In this document: positions 8,677-18,277 of the stretch, in pieces
Layout of the letters: each line of letters begins with the position of its first letter
How positions within the stretch are numbered: the stretch's first letter is position 1
From: Candidatus Hydrogenedentota bacterium
GTDB taxonomy: Bacteria > Hydrogenedentota > Hydrogenedentia > Hydrogenedentales > GCA-2746185
Direction of reading: 5' to 3'
Length of the DNA stretch: 33,198 nt
NCBI GenBank assembly: GCA_029937645.1
Contig: JAPYPO010000005.1
Location: 1 to 33,198 of the forward strand
Translations under genes and position numbers: made by a program
Notes under the pieces: generated by a model
What the model saw: the letters and a program-made list of their open reading frames with translations, nothing else
What the model was told of the DNA's origin: nothing
The model's database searches: none

Positions 8677-9573
8677 ATGAAGTTGGATAGGAGCATCAGG
8701 CGTCGCGGCGGCTACGTGTTGACCGCCTTGCTCGCGCTGTGTTGTGTGGTCGGTGGCTGCGGGCGTGCCGAGGAGACCGAGGTTTCGACTGGTGTCGAAC
8801 CCGATTCCGCGCCGTCTCTTGAGGTAGAAGCGCGGCTCGTGGCGGACGTAACGGCTCTCACACCGGGTACTCCTTTCACGTTGGCCGCGCATTTTACGAT
8901 CCCGCGGAATGGCCATATTTACTGGCGTTATCCCGGAGATTCGGGCTTGGCCACGGAGGTGGTTTGGGAGCTGCCGGATGGATTTTTCGCCACGCCCCTG
9001 GAGTGGCCTGCGCCGTCCCGGTTCGAGATCGCGGCAATCGACGATGTTTCATACGGCTATGAACACGAGGTTCTACTCGCTTCGGAAGTCACTCCACCGG
9101 TCGGCCTTTCAGCGGAAGCCGTATCCACTCTTTCCGCGAATCTTTTTTGGCTCGTATGTTTGGAAGATGGACAATGTATTCCTGGGGAAGCGACGGTAAC
9201 GATTGAATTACCTTCGGGCGACGGCGGGCCATCGGAATCTTCGGCGATGATCGCGGGAGCCCACGCCGCTGTACCCACCTTGCTCGATAGGGACTCCACG
9301 TCGCTACGCGTTGACCGTTCGGACGACGGCGTCCTTTCGATTCTGTCGTTGGCGCCTTGGCGTTTCACGGGGGCGTCGGCTCAGTTCTTTCCGTATGACG
9401 GCCCCGCGTGGAATCTCGCGCCGGGTGGCGGCATGGAGAGCGTTGCATTCAATCGGGAGAAAGGCTCCGGCGATGCTGCCGGTCCGGTGGCTGGAGTGTT
9501 GACCGTCGAGATGGCCCACACGGAAACCGGGGAACCGAAGACATATCGTCTTCGCATCGGCACGACTCCCTGA
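8677..9573 (+). CDS. Lipoprotein with DsbD N-terminal Ig-like domain
   Basis: Lipobox VGGC; HIYWRYPGDSGL, WELP.G, L.WP.P, YGYE.EV, WLVCLEDGQCIPG. AAGGAG upstream of ATG 8677. Confidence 0.8.
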   Translation: MKLDRSIRRRGGYVLTALLALCCVVGGCGRAEETEVSTGVEPDSAPSLEVEARLVADVTALTPGTPFTLAAHFTIPRNGHIYWRYPGDSGLATEVVWELPDGFFATPLEWPAPSRFEIAAIDDVSYGYEHEVLLASEVTPPVGLSAEAVSTLSANLFWLVCLEDGQCIPGEATVTIELPSGDGGPSESSAMIAGAHAAVPTLLDRDSTSLRVDRSDDGVLSILSLAPWRFTGASAQFFPYDGPAWNLAPGGGMESVAFNREKGSGDAAGPVAGVLTVEMAHTETGEPKTYRLRIGTTP

Positions 9574-9596
9574 AATTCTAACTTTAGAGAGCCTGC

Positions 9597-9669
9597 CGGG
9601 AGGGCGAGCGTACTCGCGAGCCGCGGTCCATAGGCCTTACCCCAGCTCGCGAGTACGCTCGCCCTCCCG
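9597..9669. repeat. Perfect 25-bp inverted repeat, REP-like
   Basis: cgggagggcgagcgtactcgcgagc (9597-9621) and its exact reverse complement (9645-9669), 23-nt spacer. Confidence 0.9.
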
Positions 9670-9747
9670 ACTCATTTCTTGATCCAAATCCCCGCGAAGC
9701 GGACCCAGTCTCTGTGATCGCTGTGCGCTCTGTGGCATACTCTTTCC

Positions 9748-10329
9748 ATGCCCTCCTTTGAACAACGAGTCCTCCGTCTTTTTGAAGCCATTCATCCGTT
9801 GGATCGTGTGGCGCGTGCGGGATTTGTCCTTCGCGGGGTAACCGAGCCCGAATCGGTGGCCGCGCATAGCCACTTTGTGTCGTTGATGGCGTTGGTATTT
9901 CTCGACGAGTACCCGGGCGAATTCGACCGGGATAAAACGTTGGCGATCTGCCTTATCCACGATCTGTGCGAAGCGCAACTTATGGACATCCCCATGCCCG
10001 CTGCGGACGCGCATTTGCGTGAAGTGAAAGACGAGGCGGAGCGGGCGGTGACGCGGGAATTGTTCGACGGTTTCGGGGAGCAGTACGGCGAGTACATGGA
10101 TGAATTCTTGGCGGCGGAGACGCCGGAAGGCCGTCTGGTCCGTGCGCTCGACAAGGCGCAGATGATGATCAAGGTGCTGATGTATGAGCGCGAAGGACGA
10201 GGTCGGCTGCGTGAATTTTGGCTGAACCCGAAGAACTTCTCGGACTACGGTATCGACGGCGCGTCGCGGTTGTTCGACGGGATATGCGCGGAGGCGGGTG
10301 AAGTACGCCCGGTTATTAAGCAGGCCTGA
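9748..10329 (+). CDS. HD-domain hydrolase, YfbR/Ygk1-like 5'-deoxynucleotidase family
   Basis: L.RVARAGF, ESVAAHS, LIHDLCEA...DIP, E.RLV..LDK.QM. Confidence 0.85.
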   Translation: MPSFEQRVLRLFEAIHPLDRVARAGFVLRGVTEPESVAAHSHFVSLMALVFLDEYPGEFDRDKTLAICLIHDLCEAQLMDIPMPAADAHLREVKDEAERAVTRELFDGFGEQYGEYMDEFLAAETPEGRLVRALDKAQMMIKVLMYEREGRGRLREFWLNPKNFSDYGIDGASRLFDGICAEAGEVRPVIKQA

Positions 10330-10343
10330 CCGAAGAACCGGTC

Positions 10344-13300
10344 TCAATCTGTCGAAGAAGGCCGCCCATACCCTCCGCCGCCCGGCGTCTCGATGACCAA
10401 GACATCGCCTTTTTGCACGTCGAGCCGCGCGTGACCTTCGAGTTCGAAGGTGTCGCCATCCCTTAGGAGCAGGTTGCGGCCCGTTGCGCCAGGTGCGCCG
10501 CCGTTCAACCCGTAGGGCGCGAGGACCCGGCGCTCTGACAAGACGCCCACGGCCATCGGCTTGAGGAATTCGATAGCTCGGACGGTTCCGTCGCCTCCGC
10601 AAAATTCGCCGCGACCACCGCTGCCTTTTCGAATCGAAAATTCCCGGAGCAGCACGGGATAGCGCCGCTCCAATACTTCCGGATCCGTGATCCGCGTGTT
10701 CGTCATGTGCGTGTGGACGGCGGACGCGCCATCGAATCCGGGCCCGGCGCCGGCACCGCCGCAGATGGTTTCGTAGTAGCCCCACTCTTCCGTGCCGAAG
10801 GTCAGATTGTTCATCGTGCCTTGCCCGCCGGCGATGGTCCCGAGCGCGGCGTAGAGCGTATCGACGATGCGGACGGAGGTCTCGACGTTTCCCCCGACCA
10901 CGGCGGCGGGGCTGCGCGGGGCGAGAAGGGAGCCTTCGGGAATGTGAATGGAGATGGGGTCCAAGCAACCGGCGTTCAATGGAATGGGGTGTTCGATGAG
11001 CGTCCGAAAGACATACAGCACGGCGGCGATGGCTACGGCGGGAGGCGCATTAAGATTGCCTTCGAGCTGTGAGTCGGTTCCGGAAAAATCGACCGACGCC
11101 GTGTCGCCCGCAATGACGATTCGACAGACGATTTTCGCGCCGCTATCGAGGCGATCTTCGGCACGGTATTCGCCGTCGGGCAAGCGTGTGAGTCGGTTGC
11201 GCATCGCCTCCGCGGCGTTGTCTCGAACGTGCCCCATGTACGCTTGGACGACCTCTGCGCCGTATTGTACGCGCAGCTCTTCCAGCAACAGCGCCCCCGC
11301 GTTATTCGATGCAATCTGCGCACGAAGGTCGCTCAGGCGTTCGTCTATGTTGCGCGCGGGGTAGGGATGCTCGGTAAGGAGGCGTACGATGGCTTCCTCG
11401 TGAAAGACCCCTTCCGAAACGAGCGTGAAATTGTGGATGACCACGCCCTCCTCCTCGATACAGGTCGAGAAGGGCGGCATTGAACCGGGGGTAATCCCGC
11501 CGATGTCGGCATGGTGTCCCCGGTTCGCCACGAAGAACGCAGGCGACCCGTCGGTGCCCATCACCGGGGTAACGAGGGTAATATCCGGAAGATGCGAGCC
11601 TCCGTGATAGGGGTCATTCGTCATGTACACGTCCCCCGCCTTCATGCTGCCGGAACGCTCGTCGAGAATCGCACGCACGCTTTCCCCCATGGCCCCTAAG
11701 TGAACGGGCATATGCGGCGCGTTCGCCACGAGTTCGCCATCGGGGCTAAATACGGCGCACGAAAAGTCGAGGCGCTCTTTGATGTTTGCCGAATGGCTGA
11801 CTCGCTCTAGTGTCTTGCCCATCTGCTCGGCGATGGACATGAACAGGCTGTTGAAGACTTCGAGCATGACCGGATCGCAATCCGTCGCGAGTGGTTCCAT
11901 CGCGTGAGCGGTTGCCGCCGTCAAAATGAGGTGATTGTATCCGTTTACGTCGGCCTCCCATCCGGGATCGACCACAATGGTCGAGACCGCCTCCACGATG
12001 AGGGCCGGCCCGCTTACGCGGTCACCGGGCTTCAGGTCGGCGCGGCGGTAGACGGGGGTGTCCACCGGGACAACTGCGCCCGAGCCCGTTGCGAAATAGA
12101 CGGCCACGCGGTCGACGCGAAGACTTACAGGAACTTCGTGCGGCTTGCACTCCATGCGTGTCTCCGCCGGTTTATCCGTGTGGCCGATGGTCTCAGTGCG
12201 CACATTGACGATCTCGACAGGATGCCCCGCCTTGACGAATCCATACAAAGCGGCGTGATGGGCTTCGAACAACACGGCCACATCGTCGTCCGGGCCGTCG
12301 GGGATGTTCAAAAATGTATCCACGCCCGCGTACCGTAGGTCTGCCGAACGTGCTTGTTCAATGCGGTCTCGCGTGAACCCTTCCGCTTCCAGCACATCGC
12401 GGCCCACCGCTTCCAGTTCGCTAAAGCGAGGTCCGTAGGGCGCCATCCCGTCCGGGCCGAGCGTATCGAGTACGGCTTCCACTTCCGTGTGGATCATGTC
12501 GGCCAGGCCCATGCCGTAGGCGCTGAGCACGCCGGCGTGAGGATGCAGCATCACCTTCGCGATACCCAACGCGCCGGCTACGGCGCACGCATGTTGCGCG
12601 CCCGCCCCTCCGAAACACGCCAACGCGTACTCGCGGACATCGTAGCCACACGCCACGCTGATCTTCTTGATTGGCTGAACCATGTTTTCGTTGGCGACTC
12701 GGATGAACCCCGCCGCCACCGCCGCGACCGACCAAGGTGCAGGGGCTGATTCGTTGACGCGCGCGGTCAGCGCTTCGAGCGCGGATCGCGCGGCCGTCAC
12801 ATCAAGCGGCGCATCTCCAGAAGGGCCGAAGCAGTTGGGGAAATAGGCAGGCTGAATGCGTCCCAGCACAAGATTCGCATCGGTGACCGTAGCGGGGCCT
12901 CCCAATCGGTAGCAGGCAGGCCCGGGCCGTGCACCGGCGCTCTCGGGGCCAACGAGGAAGCGTTGCCCATCGAAGCGAAGAATCGAGCCGCCTCCAGCGG
13001 CGACGGTTTCGATGTGGAGCATGGGGGCCTTGAGGCGGACGCCCGCGACGCGTTTTTCGAATACGCGCTCGAAAGCGCCGTCATGCCGACTTACATCGGT
13101 AGACGTGCCGCCCATGTCGAAACCGATGGCGTGGTGGAATCCTGCCTGCTTGCACGTATGGGCGTACGCGACGACTCCACCTGCGGGCCCCGACAACACG
13201 GCGTTTTTTCCGATGAAGCGATCCGCGTCGGTTAGTCCGCCATTGGACTGCATGAAGCGCAGTGGAACGGCCGCGCCGAGTTCTTGCCGCACGTTTTCTA

Positions 13301-13967
13301 CATAACGCCGGAGCAGTGGGTTGAGGTAGGCATTCGTTGTCGCCGTGTCGCCGCGCCCGACGGCCTTAATTTCACGGGCCACCTCGTGGCTAAGGCTGAC
13401 TTCGGTGAATCCCGCGGTGCGCGCTAGCGCCCCCGCCTGGCGCTCGTGTTCGGGGAAGGCGTAACTGTGAATGAACAGTATCGCGATGGCTTCGACGCCC
13501 GCCTCACGAAAATCGGCCAAGGCTTCATTCACGCTTTCCTCGTGCAAAGGCGTCCGCACCGTACCATCCGCCATCACCCGTTCGCCGATTTCTCTCACTT
13601 CGGCGTAGAGCGTCTCAGGCTTTTCGATACGCAACGCAAAAATGTCGGGCCGGTCCTGGTAGCCAATCTCGAGCAGGTCCGCGAAACCCTTCGTGACCAA
13701 AAGGCCGACACGGGCCCCCTTGCGTTCGAGGAGGGCGTTCGTGGCCAGCGTGGTGCCCATCTTCACCGAATGGATAGCGTCGTTTGGCAGAGGAGTATCC
13801 GTATCAATGCCCATGAGCTGCCGAATCGCATGAAGCGGCGCGTCCGCGTAGTGATCGGGATTGTCGCTCAGCAGTTTGAGGATTTGGATGCGGCCTTCCG
13901 GGTCGCGGGCGACCACATCGGTAAATGTGCCGCCGCGATCCACCCAGAATTCCCACCCGCAATCCAC
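10344..13967 (-). CDS. oplA: Fused hydantoinase A/B-type ATP-dependent 5-oxoprolinase
   Basis: [87 protein letters not shown]. Start probably GTG 13967 (GGAG upstream); ORF track extends to 14039. Confidence 0.9.
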   Translation of the reverse strand: MDCGWEFWVDRGGTFTDVVARDPEGRIQILKLLSDNPDHYADAPLHAIRQLMGIDTDTPLPNDAIHSVKMGTTLATNALLERKGARVGLLVTKGFADLLEIGYQDRPDIFALRIEKPETLYAEVREIGERVMADGTVRTPLHEESVNEALADFREAGVEAIAILFIHSYAFPEHERQAGALARTAGFTEVSLSHEVAREIKAVGRGDTATTNAYLNPLLRRYVENVRQELGAAVPLRFMQSNGGLTDADRFIGKNAVLSGPAGGVVAYAHTCKQAGFHHAIGFDMGGTSTDVSRHDGAFERVFEKRVAGVRLKAPMLHIETVAAGGGSILRFDGQRFLVGPESAGARPGPACYRLGGPATVTDANLVLGRIQPAYFPNCFGPSGDAPLDVTAARSALEALTARVNESAPAPWSVAAVAAGFIRVANENMVQPIKKISVACGYDVREYALACFGGAGAQHACAVAGALGIAKVMLHPHAGVLSAYGMGLADMIHTEVEAVLDTLGPDGMAPYGPRFSELEAVGRDVLEAEGFTRDRIEQARSADLRYAGVDTFLNIPDGPDDDVAVLFEAHHAALYGFVKAGHPVEIVNVRTETIGHTDKPAETRMECKPHEVPVSLRVDRVAVYFATGSGAVVPVDTPVYRRADLKPGDRVSGPALIVEAVSTIVVDPGWEADVNGYNHLILTAATAHAMEPLATDCDPVMLEVFNSLFMSIAEQMGKTLERVSHSANIKERLDFSCAVFSPDGELVANAPHMPVHLGAMGESVRAILDERSGSMKAGDVYMTNDPYHGGSHLPDITLVTPVMGTDGSPAFFVANRGHHADIGGITPGSMPPFSTCIEEEGVVIHNFTLVSEGVFHEEAIVRLLTEHPYPARNIDERLSDLRAQIASNNAGALLLEELRVQYGAEVVQAYMGHVRDNAAEAMRNRLTRLPDGEYRAEDRLDSGAKIVCRIVIAGDTASVDFSGTDSQLEGNLNAPPAVAIAAVLYVFRTLIEHPIPLNAGCLDPISIHIPEGSLLAPRSPAAVVGGNVETSVRIVDTLYAALGTIAGGQGTMNNLTFGTEEWGYYETICGGAGAGPGFDGASAVHTHMTNTRITDPEVLERRYPVLLREFSIRKGSGGRGEFCGGDGTVRAIEFLKPMAVGVLSERRVLAPYGLNGGAPGATGRNLLLRDGDTFELEGHARLDVQKGDVLVIETPGGGGYGRPSSTD

Positions 13968-14003
13968 GCTCACCCACTCCTTTGTCCGCCAACCACGACT
14001 TTC

Positions 14004-14466
14004 TTGGTTACCGCGCACATGATAAGCCATACGAAGCATGAATTGATCATCTTTGTGTCCCTGTTAACGAAGTCGTTCTCAAGAGGCCACAGAGGACATA
14101 GCGCGGCATAGCCGCAACTAAAGACAGCGTCCCCAACGAACTCTGTTCAATTGGCATGGATTACCCTCAGCGAAAAAGCATCTCCGCGTCTCCGCGGTGA
14201 ATTTAATTTTTTTCTCACCGCGGAGACGCGGAGGGCGCGGAGATGCTCCTGGGTTCGCCCATCAATTTTTCTTCTATTCATTGGCGCGATAAATCAATGC
14301 CTATTCGTGGAAAAACGTAAATTATGATTCACCACGAATTTCTCAACATGGCGCAGCTACAACCAATGAGTGTCACGCAAAGACGCAGAGCCGCAAAGGG
14401 GCAGTAACATGGCGGGTAGGCATACCGCCAGGCAGAGTTCTTTGCGCCCTTGCGGCTTTGCGTGGA
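14004..14466. repeat. Cluster of degenerate REP-like inverted repeats
   Basis: Perfect 19-bp IR 14182-14200 / 14215-14233; about 21/25 IR 14374-14398 / 14440-14464; 8-bp IR 14303-14310 / 14332-14339; degenerate IR about 14054-14100. Confidence 0.75.
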
Positions 14467-14687
14467 CTAAAATAGTCCAGCGTTCTCCTTGTTCTCAAAG
14501 GACTCGTAAGATTCGCCACTCGAAAATCTTGCCAAGAAAACAAGATTCTGACGGATAGTAGTACGAGGAAATATTTGGGGCTTGATATCCATCAGGCCGT
14601 GCGAGAGCTGAAGCACCGTCCCAGAAGTTTGAAGACGCCCCCCGGTTAAACGTAGAGTCTTCGAAATTAGAACGAGAAGGAGCCGAA

Positions 14688-15581
14688 ATGACACGAATCA
14701 TCGATGGGAAAAAGATTGCCGCTGAGATCCGCGCTGAGATCGCCGACGAAGTGAAGGCCCTTACGAAGCGCAAAATTGTTCCGGGCCTCGCCGTCGTGCT
14801 GGTCGGGAACGACCCCGCGAGCGAAGTGTATACGCGAATGAAAAAGAAGGCCTGCGCTGACTTAGGCATGGCTTCCTTCGATTTCGATTTACCTAGTTCG
14901 TGTACGGAAAAAAGGCTCTTGAATCTCATCGATAAATTGAACCGTGATCCGAAGGTCGACGGGATTCTGGTGCAGCTTCCGCTGCCCGAGCGGATCAACG
15001 AATCGAAGGTGCTCAACGCCATCGACCCCGATAAAGATGTGGATGGATTTCATCCGATGAACGTGGGCAAGATGCTCATCGGCGACGACGCCTTTCTGCC
15101 CTGTACGCCCCACGGTTGTCAGCAGCTTTTGATGCGATCCGGTTACGATCCGGCGGGTAAGCATGTGGTGATCGTTGGTCGATCAAACATTGTCGGTAAG
15201 CCCCTGGCTGCCATGCTCATGCGCAAAGCCCCCGGCGCAAATGCGACCGTGACCGTATGCCATTCACGAACGAAGAAGCTGGCTTCCATCTGCAAACAGG
15301 CGGACATTTTGATTGCCGCCATTGGCGTACCCGGTTTTATCAAGGGGCGCATGGTGAAAGAAGGCGCCGTGGTGATCGATGTGGGAACAAACCGAGTCCC
15401 CGACAAGACGAAGAAGTCAGGGTTTCGTCTAGTCGGCGATGTGGACTTCAAGAACGTGTCAAAGAAGGCCCGGGCCATCACACCAGTTCCAGGCGGCGTA
15501 GGCCCGATGACCATCACCATGCTCATGAGGAACACGGTTGATTCAGCCAAGCGCCGCGTAAAGCGAAAAGCGCGCCGGTAG
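14688..15581 (+). CDS. folD: Bifunctional methylenetetrahydrofolate dehydrogenase/cyclohydrolase
   Basis: IIDGK, PGLAVVLVG.DPAS..Y, GILVQLPLP, KDVDGFHP.N.G, PCTP.G, GRSNIVGKP, ITPVPGGVGPMTI. AAGGAG RBS. Confidence 0.97.
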   Translation: MTRIIDGKKIAAEIRAEIADEVKALTKRKIVPGLAVVLVGNDPASEVYTRMKKKACADLGMASFDFDLPSSCTEKRLLNLIDKLNRDPKVDGILVQLPLPERINESKVLNAIDPDKDVDGFHPMNVGKMLIGDDAFLPCTPHGCQQLLMRSGYDPAGKHVVIVGRSNIVGKPLAAMLMRKAPGANATVTVCHSRTKKLASICKQADILIAAIGVPGFIKGRMVKEGAVVIDVGTNRVPDKTKKSGFRLVGDVDFKNVSKKARAITPVPGGVGPMTITMLMRNTVDSAKRRVKRKARR

Positions 15582-15635
15582 CCGCGACATCCCCGCAATG
15601 CCACGCACGGAAAAAAGGTGGAGGATACCGAAAAA

Positions 15636-15968
15636 TCAGGTAAATACGTTCTGCTCGAAATCGAGGCCGCAGTAAAGGCATCGCCAATGTTTCGAAGTCG
15701 ACACCCGGTTGCAGCTGGGACAGCGAAGCGGAACACTGGATATTTTACCATCTTCGACCCCGTCACGCAGGTCGACCTCCTTAATACGGGCCTCCAGATC
15801 GGCGTCAGTCGCCTTCAGCGCGCCACGGAGAAGTTCCCACATGGCGGCGTTGACGATTTGGACGCGTTTCAGGCTGATTTCCAATTCCTTCACGCGGCTG
15901 CGCAAGTCGAAATCGATGGATCCGCTTGGTTTCTGGTGCCCGGTCGTCGGCATGTGTGGATGGTACAT
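15636..15968 (-). CDS. Small coiled-coil plus C-terminal zinc-ribbon protein
   Basis: 110 aa after AGGAGG RBS; WELL....E..D.RDG..DG then CPSC-x10-CLYC. Confidence 0.75.
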   Translation of the reverse strand: MYHPHMPTTGHQKPSGSIDFDLRSRVKELEISLKRVQIVNAAMWELLRGALKATDADLEARIKEVDLRDGVEDGKISSVPLRCPSCNRVSTSKHWRCLYCGLDFEQNVFT

Positions 15969-16043
15969 GATGGTTTCCCTCCTGTTATGGACAGTATTTT
16001 TCGGGTGGCGCGATGTCACCTCCCGTTCCCGGTGGTGGCTCCC

Positions 16044-16073
16044 TTGACACGCAGGGCGTGGCGACTCTACTCT
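16044..16073 (+). promoter_or_regulatory. Candidate promoter for the 16127 gene
   Basis: TTGACA (16044-16049), 18 nt spacer, TACTCT (16068-16073). Confidence 0.35.
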
Positions 16074-16126
16074 GCGGCATCTCCCGCACACGGCTACCGC
16101 TACGTCACGACCGACTGGAACCTGTT

Positions 16127-16588
16127 ATGAACGATCAAGAGCATGTGTATCAACCTGGCTTCCTCCTCCTTTTCACGCCCATCTTTCTATTTGGCGCGGC
16201 CGTCGGCGCCGGATTAACCATGGCACTGCATGCGATGGGTCACCTAGGCTACGGCGTTGTCAGCTATACCTTCTTACAACTCCTGTGCATCATTTATTTG
16301 TGGGCGGTCGTGGGCGCGTACATCGTGGCGAAAGCGACTGCAGTGAAATTGACGGATGACGTCATCCGAGGCCGGACGTTTTGGGGACGCGCTCGGTCTC
16401 TTGAGTGGCCCAACGTGTCCGACATGCGCCCCCTCAACATCATGGGCTTTCGATTCCTTCGGATATACCCAAAGGAAGGCGGAGCGCCGCTGTGGGTCCC
16501 TCTGTTTGTCAGGAAGAAGGCCGAGTTCCTCGCAGCCATCGAATCGCGCGCCTCTACCGGTCGTCGCGTCGAGCACGTATTGCCATAA
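16127..16588 (+). CDS. Two-TM membrane protein with PH-like C-terminal domain, hypothetical
   Basis: Two hydrophobic helices followed by V.LTDD.I.G.TFWG....L.W..V, a bacterial PH-like pattern. Confidence 0.65.
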   Translation: MNDQEHVYQPGFLLLFTPIFLFGAAVGAGLTMALHAMGHLGYGVVSYTFLQLLCIIYLWAVVGAYIVAKATAVKLTDDVIRGRTFWGRARSLEWPNVSDMRPLNIMGFRFLRIYPKEGGAPLWVPLFVRKKAEFLAAIESRASTGRRVEHVLP

Positions 16589-16635
16589 CGTCTCCCGAAG
16601 AACAGCTTCGCCAGCCTAGGTATGCACGGGCGTCG

Positions 16636-17046
16636 CTATATCTGCCGACATACCAACCCGGGGTTGATTCGCTTTCCCTCGCGCATACCGTTCAGCAGCT
16701 CCTTCAGGCGCTGTGCTTCCCACGCATGGCCCAGCGCCCCGTGGCAACGCATTTTCATGTCTATCAAGTGCTTAGTGAGCGTTCCACGCTTGTCAAGCAT
16801 GGAATCACGAACGTAGATGCTGAGCGCCCGATCATAGGACAGAACGGCTCGCTTGTACTTACGTCCAATTCGCATATGTTCGCCCCAGATGGCCCATAAG
16901 AACGCGAGCAAGCCACGGGCAAAACGGATAGGCGAACGGAGCGCGAAGACGACCAGACGACCGGCCATTCGAAGCGCCCCCTTTGGGGTCTTCATTTGCT
17001 CGCACGCGCAGCACTTTCCAGAACCATCGATTTTACACGCGTCCAT
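16636..17046 (-). CDS. Hypothetical protein with Cys-rich N-terminus and TPR-like helices
   Basis: AGGAG RBS before ATG 17046; MDACKIDGSGKCCACEQ; G+Y..A...YDRAL TPR-like motif. Confidence 0.5.
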   Translation of the reverse strand: MDACKIDGSGKCCACEQMKTPKGALRMAGRLVVFALRSPIRFARGLLAFLWAIWGEHMRIGRKYKRAVLSYDRALSIYVRDSMLDKRGTLTKHLIDMKMRCHGALGHAWEAQRLKELLNGMREGKRINPGLVCRQI

Positions 17047-17169
17047 CGCATTCTCCTCTGCCTTGTGCCAACTCGGCACGTCGTCTGCGGTTGCTGCTAT
17101 GAATACTCCTGTGGCGCTGGATTTATTCTCAGGAATTGGAGGAGGGGTCGGAACAAAGCCTCTCGCGAC

Positions 17170-17928
17170 TTAGTACGAAACTTCCACCAGGAACAACCCC
17201 TTCGCGGGGGCGGTGTAGCCCATGTAGGGGCCGGGCGAAGCGAGGCGCTCGTCTATGCGTTCTTCGGAGACTTTTCCGCGCGCGATGTCGATGAGGGTTC
17301 CGGTGATGTTGCGGACCATCTTGTAAAGAAAACCGTTCCCCGAGAATTCAACACGCCAGAATACGTCGCTATCGTTGGGGCCGACGACGGGGCCGGGTAT
17401 CACGCGGATGCTGTAAATTTCGCGGACGGTGGTTTTCGCGGAGGATCCGCTGGAACAGAATCCCGCGAAATCGTGCTTGCCCACCAGGCGTTGCGCCAAT
17501 TCCGTGAACCGGGATTGATCGATTTGATGCGATAGGTTCCAGGCGTAGCGGTCGGCGAAGGGGTCGGGGTAGGGCGCGTTGGATAGGACGTAGGCGTAGC
17601 GTTTGGCGGTTGCGTCGGCGATAGCGTGGAAGGTTTCCGGGGCCTCTTCCATTGCTTCGATTCGAATCTCGGGACCGAGCATCTTGCTCAGCGAACGGAT
17701 CAACGTGTCTGCGGCCTGCGCGTCCTCCCACTCGAAGTGGAATACTTGAGCCAGCGCGTGGACACCCGCGTCGGTCCGGCCCGCGCCGATAACGCGGACG
17801 GGCTGCCCGGCGATGGTCGCGAGGGCTTCTTCGAGGGATCCCTGAACGGTGCGCTGTCCTGGCTGGACTTGCCAGCCGGAGAAGTTGGTCCCGTCGTAGC
17901 GGACGGTGGCTTTGAGTTTGCGCGGCAT
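17170..17928 (-). CDS. truA: tRNA pseudouridine(38-40) synthase
   Basis: YDGT.F.GWQ.QP, RTVQG, GAGRTDAGVHA..QV, G.HDF, GFLYKMVR.I.G, TAPA.GL.L. Confidence 0.97.
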   Translation of the reverse strand: MPRKLKATVRYDGTNFSGWQVQPGQRTVQGSLEEALATIAGQPVRVIGAGRTDAGVHALAQVFHFEWEDAQAADTLIRSLSKMLGPEIRIEAMEEAPETFHAIADATAKRYAYVLSNAPYPDPFADRYAWNLSHQIDQSRFTELAQRLVGKHDFAGFCSSGSSAKTTVREIYSIRVIPGPVVGPNDSDVFWRVEFSGNGFLYKMVRNITGTLIDIARGKVSEERIDERLASPGPYMGYTAPAKGLFLVEVSY

Positions 17929-18022
17929 GGGCGCATTCTAGCGGAGCGCGGCGAGAACCGGTTAGCTCGTGTCGGTTGGAAAGTCTGACGCTGCCAACGG
18001 AGACGGGAGGTTCTTTATTTGG

Positions 18023-18198
18023 GATGCAGTACTGCCATTACCGCTCCAGAGACCGTAGTGGGAAAGAACCTATTTAGCCTTCACAAGGGCATTTTGGTGT
18101 GCGGGGCTGAGGAATTTAACGCTTTCAGCGTAAACCGCCGAAGGGTACCGGCAAAGAAGGGTCTCTGAAAATTTCAGCGGTCGTAACAGAACTGTACC
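18023..18198 (+). mobile_element. MITE-like element, copy A (about 176 bp, internally deleted, retains one REP arm)
   Basis: Both halves align ungapped to the reverse complement of 28934-29292 (48/58 and 85/95 by hand). Ends form an imperfect about 23-bp inverted repeat. Confidence 0.7.
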
Positions 18199-18277
18199 GA
18201 TTGTTCGTCCAACGTTGCGGCACGCTGGGACTTCGCGTAAGATTTCCTTTTTCACAATACCTGGAATCCAATTTGCC

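Noticed and set aside
9637-10968. 443-aa minus-strand ORF
   Set aside because: Arg-rich alternative frame of oplA and antisense to the HD hydrolase; typical high-GC shadow ORF.
14004-14466. Possible CRISPR array
   Set aside because: Repeats are inverted and non-identical, with no regular repeat-spacer period and no cas genes.
14370-14558. 62-aa ORF MSRKDAEPQR
   Set aside because: Translation of the REP-like palindrome; no evidence of coding.
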